Source: Candidatus Fervidifonticultor tertius
Lineage (GTDB): Bacteria; Sysuimicrobiota; Sysuimicrobiia; Sysuimicrobiales; Humicultoraceae
Length of the DNA: 64,000 nt
Assembly: GCA_031459235.1 (NCBI GenBank)
Contig: JAVKIY010000001.1
Span: forward strand, 56,708-120,707
Direction of reading: 5' to 3'
The notes beneath the pieces were generated by a model, which ran no database searches, was not told the DNA's origin, and saw only the letters and a program-made list of their open reading frames with translations. The translations under genes were made by a program, and so were the position numbers. Positions 29,682 through 39,298 of this stretch are shown here, piece by piece. Each line of letters starts with the position of its first letter. The stretch's first letter is position 1.

Positions 29682-30047
29682 TCACCCCTTCAGGGCGGCG
29701 GTGACCACGATCTCGACGAGGAGCGTCGGCGCGCCCAGCCGGGCCTCCACCGTCGCGCGGGTCGGCAGGTTGTTCTTGTCGACCCACGCCTCCCAGACGG
29801 CGTTCATTTCGTCGAAGTAACGGATGTCCGACAGGTACACGGTCGCCGCGAGCAGCTTCGACTTGTCTGTGCCGGCCGCGGCGAGCAAGGCGTCGATCTT
29901 CTCCAGCACGCGTCGCGTCTGCGCCCGGACGTCCGCCGGCGGCTCGGACGGCGGGTCGGCCGCGGTTTGCCCGGCCACGTAGACGGTGTCGCCGTGGACG
30001 ACGACCGCGGAGAATCTCGGCCCCGGGTTGATGCGTGTGATCGCCAT
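29682..30047 (-). CDS. RidA family protein (YjgF/endoribonuclease L-PSP)
   Basis: 122 aa; FSAVVVHGDTVYVAGQTA...PTRATVEARL. Confidence 0.8.
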   Translation of the reverse strand: MAITRINPGPRFSAVVVHGDTVYVAGQTAADPPSEPPADVRAQTRRVLEKIDALLAAAGTDKSKLLAATVYLSDIRYFDEMNAVWEAWVDKNNLPTRATVEARLGAPTLLVEIVVTAALKG

Positions 30048-30168
30048 GGTCCCTCCCTGGGTCATGAGTGCGCGGCAGGACAGCGCCACGCCGCCCACAC
30101 TTCGTGGCGCCGGAAGCGAGGTCCTGTAGTTCCGTGCAGGGTCGGTGCAGACGACGGGCAGCGCCCGA

Positions 30169-30477
30169 TCAGTATGCCGGAGGCGCGTAGACGTTGACCG
30201 TCACCAACGCCACCCGTCCGGTGTTCCGGATCTCGTGCGACTCGCCGGCCTCGACGAGGAGCAGCACACCCGCCTCGAGCGTCACGCGCCGGTCCGCCAC
30301 GATCGCCTCGCCCTCGCCCGAGACGACGTAGAGCCACTGGTCGGACCCGTGGTGGACGTTGTCCGCGCCACCGGTGGACCGGCCCGGCGCGAGCACCATG
30401 GTGGCGGCCTGCGAGCGCGGCGTCTTTGCCACGACGCGGAAAAAGCCCGAGGCGCGCCCGACGCGCGCGAGCTTCAC
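30169..30477 (-). CDS. cupin domain protein
   Basis: 102 aa; HHGSDQWLYVVSGEGEA...ESHEIRNTG two-His cupin motifs; start overlaps radical SAM stop (ATGA). Confidence 0.7.
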   Translation of the reverse strand: MKLARVGRASGFFRVVAKTPRSQAATMVLAPGRSTGGADNVHHGSDQWLYVVSGEGEAIVADRRVTLEAGVLLLVEAGESHEIRNTGRVALVTVNVYAPPAY

Positions 30478-31493
30478 TCGCCGGCCCGGAGGGCGCCCGG
30501 CATGCGCCGCCAGCGGGCGTCAAACCGCCACAGGCCCGCGGCGCGCGCAAGCGCCAGCGCCTCCTCCACTTCACGCGGGGTGACGCGCCGGTTGATCTCG
30601 CGGAACCGCTCTTCGGTCTTCGCGCGCCACGCGGGGAAGTACTGGTCCATGATGTTGACGTAGGTGTCGGGGGAGAGAGCCGCCAGCCACCGCACGATCT
30701 CCCGGGTGTCGTCCAGCATGCCCGGCATGACCAGGTGGCGGACCAGGACGCCGCGCCGGGCCAGCCCGTCCTCGTCCACTTTCAGGACGCCGACCTGCTC
30801 GTGCATCAGCCGGATGGCGCGCCGCGCGGCCTCCGGGTAGTCGGGCGCGAGCAGGTAGCGGCGGCTGCGCTCACGATCCCAGAGCTTGAAGTCGGGCATG
30901 TAGACGTCCACCACGCCCTCCATCAGGCGGATGCTGTGTTCGCTGTCGTAGGCGCTGGTGTTGTAGACCAGCGGCAGCCGCAGCCCGCCCGCGACCGCGA
31001 CCAGCAGGGCCTCGAGAATCTGCGGGACGACATGCTCGGGGGTCACGAAGTTGATGTTGTGACAGCCCTCGGCCTGCAGGCGCAGCATCACGCGGGCGAG
31101 CTCGCGCGGTGTGAGCTCCTCCCCCTCACCGATCTGGCTGGTCTCGAAGTTCTGGCAAAAGACGCATCGCAGGTTGCACCAGGAGAAGAAGATCGTCCCC
31201 GATCCGTTCCATCCGCGCAGGACGTCCTCCTCACCGAAATGGTGGAAGGCCGACGACACCCGTGCGTGGCGCCCCACCTTGCAGACCGCGAAGCGGTTCT
31301 CCAACCGGTTCACGCCGCAGTCGCGCGGGCACAGCCGGCAATCGCGGAGGGCCTCGATGGCTTCTTCGACCTTGGCGCGCAGGCGGCCGTCCTCGTATGC
31401 GCGGAGATAGGCGGGCGAGAAGTCGGCCGCGCGAATCACGAACCGACCGTGGCCGTGAAGTTCCGGCGGGATCGTACGGCTGGCCAGCCACAT
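30474..31493 (-). CDS. radical SAM protein, PflX-like (pyruvate formate-lyase activase homolog)
   Basis: 339 aa; CNLRCVFCQN CX3CX2C cluster plus extra N-terminal Cys (CRLCPRDCG) as in COG1313. Confidence 0.75.
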   Translation of the reverse strand: MWLASRTIPPELHGHGRFVIRAADFSPAYLRAYEDGRLRAKVEEAIEALRDCRLCPRDCGVNRLENRFAVCKVGRHARVSSAFHHFGEEDVLRGWNGSGTIFFSWCNLRCVFCQNFETSQIGEGEELTPRELARVMLRLQAEGCHNINFVTPEHVVPQILEALLVAVAGGLRLPLVYNTSAYDSEHSIRLMEGVVDVYMPDFKLWDRERSRRYLLAPDYPEAARRAIRLMHEQVGVLKVDEDGLARRGVLVRHLVMPGMLDDTREIVRWLAALSPDTYVNIMDQYFPAWRAKTEERFREINRRVTPREVEEALALARAAGLWRFDARWRRMPGALRAGE

Positions 31494-31647
31494 GCCAGTC
31501 CCTCTGGCGGGGTGTCACTCGCATTATACCGTGCGCAACGGCCCAGGCTCTGCAGGATGGCGCAGGGGGACCAACGGCAGGGCGCCAGTGCGGTGGCACG
31601 GAAGGTTATCAAGGTACCCGCAGCGCCATGTGTGAGGAGGCCGCCGC

Positions 31648-33132
31648 ATGCACCCCGAGGCCATCACCTCGCCTACGGCGTTTCTCGACGCCATGCTCGG
31701 CGACGTGCCGCACCGCGACGAGCTGCGCGCCTACGAGGCCTGGTGGGAAGCCGAGGGCCGGGCCACGTCGGAGGCCATCGACCGCGCGGGCACACCGCCG
31801 CTGCGTCTCTTCGACCGGCTGGGCCGGCGCGTCGACGAGGTCCTCTACGCGCCTGCCTACCGGGCGCTACTGCGGCGCGGCTACCGCGCGGGCGCGGTCT
31901 GGCGCGCCTTCGACGGCTCGCTGGTCCCGGCCTATCTGATCGGCTACGTGACGAGCTTCTACGATCCGGGCGTCTACTGCCCGTACACGGTCTCGCTCGC
32001 GACCGCGGTCGCCTTGTACAAGTACGGCACCGACGCGCTCAAGGCGTCGTACCTCGAGCCGCTCCTGCGCCGAGACGACACCGTCTGGCAGGGTGCCACC
32101 TGGATGACCGAGGCCGGCGGTGGCTCCGATCTCGGCGCGGCGGTCCGGACCGAAGCGATCCCCGACGGTGACCGGTGGCGCCTGCGAGGCGAGAAGTACT
32201 TCGCCAGCAACGCCGGCGCCGAGGTGGCCGTGGTCGCGGCGCGTCCCCGCGGGGCATCGGCCGGCGTGCGGGGCCTCGCCCTGTTCCTGGTGCCGCGGTG
32301 GCGCCGCGACGGCACACTGAACTACGTCATCCGTCGCCTGAAGGACAAGTGCGGGACACGGCTGGTCCCCACAGGCGAGGTCGAGCTCCACGACAGCGAG
32401 GCACACCTGCTGGGGACACCGGAGCAGGGCGTCTACCTGATCCTGGAGGTCCTCAATGTGTCGCGCGTGGCCAACAGCGTCGGCAGCGTGGCGCTGGCCC
32501 AGCGGGCCCTGGCGGAGGCGTACCGGTTCGGCACCGAGCGCCTGGCCTTCGGGAGGCCGGTCCTCGACCACCCGCTGCTGCGCGCGCAATTCGCCCAGCG
32601 GCTGGACCGCCTCCAGGAGGCCTTCGCCCTGGCCTGGGAAGCGCTGCGTGCGCTCGACGCCGTCTGGCATGAGACGCCCCGGTACTCGGGCGCCTACCAT
32701 CGGTTTCGTCTGCTGGCGCACCTGGCCAAGTACTGGACCGCCGAGGTCGCGGTGCAGGCTGCGGTCTGGAGCATGATCGCACACGGGGGTGCCGGCGTCG
32801 TCGCGGACTATCCGGTGGAACGCCTGCTGCGGGAGGCCATGATCCTTCCGATCTGGGAAGGCACGCCCCAGCGTCAGGTCCTGGACGGCCTGGAGGTCAT
32901 GCAGCGGCGCGAGGCGCACCACCTGCTGTTCCAGCACCTCGCCGCCGACGCGGACCCCGAGGCCCTCGCCGCGCTGCGGACGCGCACCGAAGCCCACCTC
33001 GGGCTTGACCCGGCCACACGCGAGGCCCAGGCGGAGGAGCTCTTCGCCAGCCTCGCGGCATTCACCGCGGCCGTCGCCCGACGGCGACTGCCCGGGAGAA
33101 GCACCCTCGACGCGCCGCCCTCCGCGCGGTAG
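31648..33132 (+). CDS. acyl-CoA dehydrogenase family protein (AidB-like)
   Basis: 494 aa; WMTEAGGGSDLGA and C-terminal ACAD helical domain. Confidence 0.8.
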   Translation: MHPEAITSPTAFLDAMLGDVPHRDELRAYEAWWEAEGRATSEAIDRAGTPPLRLFDRLGRRVDEVLYAPAYRALLRRGYRAGAVWRAFDGSLVPAYLIGYVTSFYDPGVYCPYTVSLATAVALYKYGTDALKASYLEPLLRRDDTVWQGATWMTEAGGGSDLGAAVRTEAIPDGDRWRLRGEKYFASNAGAEVAVVAARPRGASAGVRGLALFLVPRWRRDGTLNYVIRRLKDKCGTRLVPTGEVELHDSEAHLLGTPEQGVYLILEVLNVSRVANSVGSVALAQRALAEAYRFGTERLAFGRPVLDHPLLRAQFAQRLDRLQEAFALAWEALRALDAVWHETPRYSGAYHRFRLLAHLAKYWTAEVAVQAAVWSMIAHGGAGVVADYPVERLLREAMILPIWEGTPQRQVLDGLEVMQRREAHHLLFQHLAADADPEALAALRTRTEAHLGLDPATREAQAEELFASLAAFTAAVARRRLPGRSTLDAPPSAR

Positions 33133-33178
33133 GGTACTACTTGTGCGGGAGGAGTGATCCCGCGACCGGGGGGACGGC

Positions 33179-34324
33179 ATGGCACCGGCACAGGTGGTGA
33201 TTCTCGGGGGCGGCTTCGGCGGGCTCGCCGCGGCCCACCGGCTGCGCGACCGCCTCGGCGAGGCCGCCGCGATCACGCTCGTCGACCGCCGCGACTGGTT
33301 CATGATGGGGCTGCGCATCCTGTGGACTATCGCCGGCCGCGCGGCTCGCGCCGGCGGGACCCGATCCCTGGCGACCCTGCGCCGCCGTGGCATCCGGTTC
33401 GTCCAGGACCAGGTCGCCGGTATCGACCTCGAGCGCAAGGCCGTGGTCACCGCCGGCGGCACGCTGCCCTACGACGCGCTCGTCGTGGGCCTGGGCGCCG
33501 AACTCCGGCCCGACCTGATCCCCGGCTATCGTCCCGAGGGTTCCAACCTCTACGATCCGGAACAGGCCGAAGCGATCGCGGCGCGCGTGGCGTCCATCAC
33601 CGAGGGCCGCGTCGGGATCGGCATCCTGGGGCTGCCGTACAAGTGCCCGCCCGCACCCTATGAGGCCGCGTTCCTGATCGACGACGTACTGCGCGCACGG
33701 GGCGTGCGCGGGCGCGTCGAGCTCGAGGTGTTCACGCCCCAGCCGTCGTCCCTGCCGGTCGCCGGGCCCGCGGCCTGCGCCGCGGTGGAAGGCCGGCTGG
33801 CGGATCGGGCCATCGCCTTCCTGCCCGGCCGCAAGGCCGTCGCGGTCGAAGGCACCGAGGTGGTCTTCGAGCGCGACCGCCGGGCCTATGACCTGCTGAT
33901 CGGCGTGCCCCCGCACCGGGCGCCGACGCCGGTGAAGACGAGCGGGCTGGCGACCGGCGAGTGGGTTCGGCTGGCAGACCTCGCGATCTGCGAGACCGCG
34001 GTCCCGGGTGTGTTCGCGGTGGGCGACGTCACCGAGGTGCCGCTGGCCAACGGCATGATGTTGCCCAAGGCCGGCGTGTTCGCCGAGGCCCAGGGCCGGG
34101 CAGCCGCGGACGCGATCGCCGACCGCCTGGCTCAGCCGGGCCCGGGCGACCGGTTCGACGGCGTGGGTTACTGTTTCGTCGAGATGGGCGAGGAGATGGC
34201 GACCGCGGTGCGCGGACGGTTCCTGGCGACGCCCGAGCCGCTCATCGAGATCGCGGAGCCGAGCGCACGCACGCTGGAGGAGAAGCGGGCTTTCGAGGCC
34301 ACGCGGCTGGAGGCGTGGTTGTAG
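33179..34324 (+). CDS. NAD(P)/FAD-dependent oxidoreductase (sulfide:quinone oxidoreductase-like)
   Basis: 381 aa; VVILGGGFGG dinucleotide fold, KCPPAPYEA motif, second Rossmann GDV. Confidence 0.65.
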   Translation: MAPAQVVILGGGFGGLAAAHRLRDRLGEAAAITLVDRRDWFMMGLRILWTIAGRAARAGGTRSLATLRRRGIRFVQDQVAGIDLERKAVVTAGGTLPYDALVVGLGAELRPDLIPGYRPEGSNLYDPEQAEAIAARVASITEGRVGIGILGLPYKCPPAPYEAAFLIDDVLRARGVRGRVELEVFTPQPSSLPVAGPAACAAVEGRLADRAIAFLPGRKAVAVEGTEVVFERDRRAYDLLIGVPPHRAPTPVKTSGLATGEWVRLADLAICETAVPGVFAVGDVTEVPLANGMMLPKAGVFAEAQGRAAADAIADRLAQPGPGDRFDGVGYCFVEMGEEMATAVRGRFLATPEPLIEIAEPSARTLEEKRAFEATRLEAWL

Positions 34325-34327
34325 GCG

Positions 34328-35395
34328 CTACGGCATCTCGTTCGCCCCAAGCCAGCGCGTCCCCGGGTGATCCAGGTCCACCATCAGGTACGCCCAGTCG
34401 CCCGGCCGGACCGGGTAGTGGCGACCCACCATGTCGACGAGGCCCCGGAACGGCGCCCGCAGCTCCTCCAGCACCTCGAACGTGTAGGGGCTCCACACCC
34501 GGCCGAGGAGCGCACCCGCAGGCACCTCGCGCCTCATGAGGTCTTCTGGCGGGAACACGGGCTCCAGCATGCCGCCGCGCGTGGGGTTGATGCGCTGCAC
34601 GCGCTCGAAGATCATCACCCGGTCCGGCACCGGCGGTTGGCCCGGCAGAATCCCCAGGTATTGCAGGACGCCGTGCACGCCTCGCACGTTGGTCTGCAGC
34701 CACGCCTCCTCGAGCTCGGGGTCGAAGCCGGCGCCACCGACCTCGGAGGCGATTCCGGGGATGCCCAGCACCTGCCCCGCATAGCCAACCGCGCTGCGCG
34801 GACCCGGGAACCGGGTGGCGAAGTCGCTGCGCCGGATGTGCGGGAGGCCGAAGGCCCGCGCCATCTGGAAGGCGCGCTCGGATACCGTTGGGTCCTTATA
34901 GTCGCGGCCACAGGTCACCGAGCCCATGGCCGCACCCCACAGCCCGCAGTGGAAGTCCACGACCGCATCGGCGTGCGACAGCACGTGCGTCGTCACGGCC
35001 AGGGCCAGCTGGTCGGCGATCCACGCCTGCTCGGTCCCGAACGCGCGGTTCAGGTCAGGGCTGTCGGACTCGTCGCGCACGTTGCGCGTGAGCGTGGCGA
35101 GCGCGACCGGGTTGGCCACGGGCACGGCGAGGACGGCCCCGGCCATCGCTTTCGGATCGAGCGTGTCCACGATCCGGCGGACGATCTCGGCGGACAGCCA
35201 CTCGCTGCCGTGCTGAGCGGCGAGCAGCGCCAGGACCGGCCCCGGCGCGGCGCCGACCACGGCGTGGATGTGCAACGCGACCTCGCTCCCATCCAGATCG
35301 GTGAGCACAGGCACGGCCACGTGCGTGCGCTCGCCGCGCGGCATCGTCCGCTCGGCGATGCGGATCTCGCCTTTCGGGTCGCGGGCCCGCGTCAT
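34328..35395 (-). CDS. succinylglutamate desuccinylase/aspartoacylase family protein
   Basis: 355 aa; PGPVLALLAAQHGSEW...VANPVALAT...NLNRAF zinc-deacylase motifs; downstream copy of a tandem pair. Confidence 0.7.
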   Translation of the reverse strand: MTRARDPKGEIRIAERTMPRGERTHVAVPVLTDLDGSEVALHIHAVVGAAPGPVLALLAAQHGSEWLSAEIVRRIVDTLDPKAMAGAVLAVPVANPVALATLTRNVRDESDSPDLNRAFGTEQAWIADQLALAVTTHVLSHADAVVDFHCGLWGAAMGSVTCGRDYKDPTVSERAFQMARAFGLPHIRRSDFATRFPGPRSAVGYAGQVLGIPGIASEVGGAGFDPELEEAWLQTNVRGVHGVLQYLGILPGQPPVPDRVMIFERVQRINPTRGGMLEPVFPPEDLMRREVPAGALLGRVWSPYTFEVLEELRAPFRGLVDMVGRHYPVRPGDWAYLMVDLDHPGTRWLGANEMP

Positions 35396-36462
35396 CGAGG
35401 TGCTCCAATCGTTCGCGCGTTCTCGACCCAGCGCGCGGTCCCGTCCTCGGTGTTGGCGAGCCCGTAGGCCCAGTCGCCCGGGCGCACCGGGTAGTCGCGC
35501 GCCACGTAGAACAGCGCGCCCCTGACCGGCGCCCGCAGCTCCTCGAGCGTCTCGAAGGTATACGGGCTCACGACCTCACCCAGCAGCGTGCCCTTCTCGA
35601 CCTCGCGGCCCAGCGCGTCGCCGCCGAAGCGCGAGCGCAGGAACCCGCCCTTCGTCGGGTTGACCCGGTGCCCGGTCCGGTAGACGAGCTGCCGCGGGGG
35701 ACGCACGTCCGGGGTGCCGTCCAGCATGCCCAGCGCGCCCATGACCGCGCGAACGCCGTCCACCGTCATCTGCCGCCAGCGGTCCTCCAGGCGCCGGCCG
35801 AACCCCACGCCGCCCACCTCGACGCCCAGGGCCGGAATCCCGAGCACGCCGCCGGCGTATCCAATGGACGCGCGCGGGCCGGGAAATCCCCCCACCACGC
35901 TGGCGCGCCTGATGATGGGTAAACCGAAGGCCAGCGCCAGACGCTCGGTCTCGTCCGCGAGACCCGGCCGCGGGAAGTCGTCGCCGACGAGGATGTCGAG
36001 GAACGCCGAGCCCCAGGGCCCCATGTGGAAGTCCATCAGGCAGGTCGCGTGCGCGAGCACCTCGCGCACGATGGTGCCGACGAGCTGGTCGCTCGTCCAC
36101 GTGTGGACACCGGGAAAGATGCGGTTCATGTCGGGACTGTCGGATTCGTCCGGCATGTTCCGGGTCTGCAGCCGCAGTGCCGGCGGATTCGCCACGGGCA
36201 CAGCGAGCACGGCCCCGCGCAGGCCCTCCGGGTCGAGGCCGGTGACGACCTGCCGGACGACATCCACGGAGAACCACTCTCCGCCGTGGAGCGTGGACAG
36301 CAGGGCCAGGACGGGGCCGGGCGCGCGCCCACGCACCGCGTGTACCCACAGCGCGAGCTCGGCGCCGTTCAGCCCGGTCGTCACGGGGAGGCGAATCGCG
36401 GCTCGCTCGCCCGGCGCGACGGCGTGCCCACCGATGGTCATCTCCTGGTTGGTTGACAGCAC
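35392..36462 (-). CDS. succinylglutamate desuccinylase/aspartoacylase family protein (tandem paralog)
   Basis: 356 aa, roughly half identical to the neighbour by eye; stop/start overlap (ATGA). Confidence 0.7.
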   Translation of the reverse strand: MLSTNQEMTIGGHAVAPGERAAIRLPVTTGLNGAELALWVHAVRGRAPGPVLALLSTLHGGEWFSVDVVRQVVTGLDPEGLRGAVLAVPVANPPALRLQTRNMPDESDSPDMNRIFPGVHTWTSDQLVGTIVREVLAHATCLMDFHMGPWGSAFLDILVGDDFPRPGLADETERLALAFGLPIIRRASVVGGFPGPRASIGYAGGVLGIPALGVEVGGVGFGRRLEDRWRQMTVDGVRAVMGALGMLDGTPDVRPPRQLVYRTGHRVNPTKGGFLRSRFGGDALGREVEKGTLLGEVVSPYTFETLEELRAPVRGALFYVARDYPVRPGDWAYGLANTEDGTARWVENARTIGAPR

Positions 36463-36588
36463 ACGAACACCTCCGTCGCCCGATCATCGTGCGCGATCTA
36501 CTGCGGCCGTTCGGGGTGCTAATGGAGTTCGCGAGGGTCGGGTGCGCCCCCTGGGAGTTGGGATGAGCACACACGAGCAAGTGTCTGG

Positions 36589-36610
36589 GGCCGGGAGGGA
36601 GATTTTGGAG
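36589..36610. repeat. degenerate direct repeat of the tRNA-Leu 3' end (possible att remnant)
   Basis: GGCCGGGAGGGAGATTTTGGAG versus tRNA 3' end TGCCGGGAGGGGGATTTGAACC at 38563-38584; about 1.95 kb apart, bracketing the DUF4143 gene. Confidence 0.25.
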
Positions 36611-36656
36611 TTACCTCCACGTCGCGCAAAGGTCGCAGAGCGACGACGCTGAACCG

Positions 36657-37976
36657 TCACCTACCCGCCCGTCGGGTCGTTGCGGATGAGCGAGCCCCGG
36701 GCGCCGCGGCGCGGCCGCGGCCGGCGGGTCCCGGCTGCTGCCAGTGCCAGACGCTGGAGATCGGCAGCGCATAGAGGTTTGCGCCGAAGGGCACCGCCTG
36801 GGACCCGAGGTAGAGCAACGTGCCACGCAGGAACCGCCGCCCGGCAATTTCGGCCAGAATGCGCAGGCCGCGAAAGTCATCCGCATCGACAGAGACGGCC
36901 GCTTTGACCTCCACACCGACAATCTCGCCGGACGGTGCCTCCAGCACGACGTCCACGTCCTCCCCCTTTGCCGTCCGCAGGTGGTACAGCGTGGGCTGGG
37001 TCGTGCTCCAGCCTGCCTGTTTCATCAACTCCATCGCCAGGAACGTCTCGACGAACGGGCCCCACAGTTCCGGGTGTGTCGGCAGGGCCCGACTGTCCAC
37101 CCCGGCGAGATGCCCGGCCAGACCCGTATCGACGACCAGAATCTTGGGAGACCTCAGCAGCCGCTTGCGCACCTTCGCGGTCCATGCTGGCAGCAGGTGC
37201 ACGAGAAACGTCGCCTGCAGCAGCGCCAGATACCGCTGCAAGGTGGTCTGCGGAATCCCAAGTGTCCGCGAGAGGTCGGCCACGTTGAGCAGGGTCCCCG
37301 TCCTCGCCGCTAGCACGCTCAACAGCCTCGGGATCTCGTGGAGGCGCTCGATGTCGACGATGTCGCGAACCGTGCGCTGGAGGATGGTCGTGACGTACGC
37401 TCGGAACCATGCCGGTCGACGGGCAGTCGAGCGTCGGACCGCCTCCGGATAGCCACCCGCTGCGATCCTGCCCGCAAGTTCGTCGCGATCGAGGGTGGTG
37501 GCGGACGGCAGGACCAGCGCCCGCGCAAACACCCGGTCGATGAACTCCTCGACCGCTCCAGCGATCTCGCCTTGAGACAGCGGCCACAGCCTCAGGACCT
37601 CCATGCGACCGGCGAGCGACTCCGACAGTTTCGGCAGCAGGAGAACGTTGGCCGATCCGGTGAGCAGGAACCGGCCCGGCCGGCGGTCACGATCGACGGC
37701 GGCCTTGATCGGGAGGAACAACTCCGGCACCCGCTGGACCTCATCGATCACCGCCGGTCCCTTGAGCCCGCTGATGAAGCCTGCGGGGTCGCTCCGTGCC
37801 GCGGCGAGCACCGTGGCGTCATCAAGCGTCAGATAGCGTGCGGGATGCTGCGCGGAGGTAATCTCCTGTGCCAGTGTGCTCTTGCCGACCTGGCGGGCGC
37901 CGTGGAGCAGGACGACAGGCGTGTCGCCGAGCGCGGCAAGGAGCGGTGTCGTGAGATGTCGCCGAAACACACCCAC
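36657..37976 (-). CDS. ATP-binding protein, AAA domain plus DUF4143 (COG1373)
   Basis: 439 aa; LLHGARQVGKSTL Walker A, VIDEVQRVP Walker B, C-terminal DUF4143-like region. Confidence 0.7.
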   Translation of the reverse strand: MGVFRRHLTTPLLAALGDTPVVLLHGARQVGKSTLAQEITSAQHPARYLTLDDATVLAAARSDPAGFISGLKGPAVIDEVQRVPELFLPIKAAVDRDRRPGRFLLTGSANVLLLPKLSESLAGRMEVLRLWPLSQGEIAGAVEEFIDRVFARALVLPSATTLDRDELAGRIAAGGYPEAVRRSTARRPAWFRAYVTTILQRTVRDIVDIERLHEIPRLLSVLAARTGTLLNVADLSRTLGIPQTTLQRYLALLQATFLVHLLPAWTAKVRKRLLRSPKILVVDTGLAGHLAGVDSRALPTHPELWGPFVETFLAMELMKQAGWSTTQPTLYHLRTAKGEDVDVVLEAPSGEIVGVEVKAAVSVDADDFRGLRILAEIAGRRFLRGTLLYLGSQAVPFGANLYALPISSVWHWQQPGPAGRGRAAAPGARSSATTRRAGR

Positions 37977-38560
37977 AGTCTAGGGCGGGCCTGGGTGATA
38001 ATCAAGCGTCTAATGGGTGAATTTCACCCGGTATCCGGAGGAATTGCACCCCAAAGCCGCTGGGGCTGGAGGCCGACGAGGAAGATCGCGACACCCCGCT
38101 GCTCGTTCCCCGTGTTGCGGACCGCAAGGCGACATCTCCGGCTCCCCGTGCCGGGGACGTACTCATACGTTTTGGCGGTCACAATGGCGGTGGGCCTAAG
38201 GTACGGCCACCTGGCGATGAGGGCGAACGTCCCTCCGAGCACAGAGGCCACATCAACCACATCTCGCCAAGCCACAACCCGCATCACCCCTGTTCCCCAA
38301 GGCCTATGACGATGGAAGCTCGCACGCGCCTCGATGGGTGCCGGGATGTTGCCGACGCACCGCCGCTGGCGTCGGGCCGTCCGCGCAGTGCCGGCCGCAC
38401 GCGTCGCCGGTTCGGCAGGGTCGGGTCATCGCGGTCACGCGACGTATCATCTTTGGGCGCCCGGCGCAGGTGCAGCCCCGGGTGGAGGCGCTACGGCGGG
38501 CGAATCGCTGGAGAGGCCAGATGGAGGGTACCATCGATATGTCAAAGGGTCACAACTGTT

Positions 38561-38646
38561 TGGTGCCGGGAGGGGGATTTGAACCCCCACGGGAAACCCC
38601 ACACGCCCCTCAAGCGTGCGCGTCTGCCAAGTTCCGCCATCCCGGC
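38561..38646 (-). tRNA. tRNA-Leu (anticodon GAG), type II with long variable arm, CCA encoded
   Basis: Folded by hand: acceptor GCCGGGA/TCCCGGC, anticodon stem CACGC/GCGTG with loop TTGAGGG, variable arm, T-arm GGGGG-TTCAAAT-CCCCC, then ACCA. Confidence 0.85.
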
Positions 38647-38697
38647 AGGTCTGCGACTCTGGTGGGCCCGACCGAGGCCGTCGGGGTTAGCGGACCC

Positions 38698-38727
38698 ATT
38701 ATAGGGACGGACCGGAGAGAGTGTCAA
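38698..38727 (-). promoter_or_regulatory. perfect-consensus sigma70 promoter for tRNA-Leu (TTGACA, 18 bp, TATAAT)
   Basis: Reverse complement of 38722-38727 is TTGACA and of 38698-38703 is TATAAT; about 50 nt upstream of the mature 5' end. Confidence 0.55.
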
Positions 38728-38795
38728 ACCAGCCGCGGCGCGCGCCGGACCGATGAGGCGGCACCGGGGCGGCCGTCACGAGACGTCCTTTCGCC

Positions 38796-39173
38796 CTACC
38801 GCACGCCCCAGATGGTGTAGCGAAACAGCACCGCCACTTCCTGGAACCCTCGATTCGTGATCCGGTAGGAGCTCCGCGTCGTCCCGCTCCCCTGACCGGT
38901 GGGTCGCAGCACCGCCGGGTGGCACGCCTCCGGCCGCGGGCACTGCTCGAGGATGACGAAGGTAGGGGCCGGTACGGGCCGGACGATGGTCCACGTGAAC
39001 GAGAGCGGCCGCTCCTCGGCGCCGAGTGCCGACGGCACGGGAAACGACCAGGCGCGCATCGCTCCCCGCGCCACGTTCACCTGGTACGCGCCGGTGTAGA
39101 GCACGGCCCAGGTCGTCGTCCGCGTGGGCGCGGGGGCGGCCAGGAGCAGGACGGCTAGCAGCAGCGGTACCAT
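38796..39173 (-). CDS. hypothetical secreted protein
   Basis: 125 aa from ATG 39173; signal peptide MVPLLLAVLLLAAPAPT; no family assignable. Confidence 0.4.
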   Translation of the reverse strand: MVPLLLAVLLLAAPAPTRTTTWAVLYTGAYQVNVARGAMRAWSFPVPSALGAEERPLSFTWTIVRPVPAPTFVILEQCPRPEACHPAVLRPTGQGSGTTRSSYRITNRGFQEVAVLFRYTIWGVR

Positions 39174-39240
39174 CGCTCGTCCTCTCGATGCCCGAACGGA
39201 CCTCCCCGAAGACGCGCGGCACCGGGCGTGCCTGGATGCA

Positions 39241-39270
39241 CAAAGCCCCGGCGGCCGGATGCCCCGGGGC
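39241..39270 (-). terminator. candidate intrinsic terminator after secG
   Basis: GCCCCGG-N12-CCGGGGC stem followed on the minus strand by UUUGUG. Confidence 0.35.
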
Positions 39271-39298
39271 CTCGCCCGAAGGAGTGACGGCGCGGCGT

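Noticed and set aside
37977-38560. Possible integrase or ncRNA in the 580 bp between the DUF4143 ATPase and tRNA-Leu.
   Set aside because: All six frames give only short low-complexity ORFs with no tyrosine-recombinase motifs (no R...HxxR...Y pattern). No convincing structured RNA signature seen. Left as non-coding, possibly decayed island DNA.
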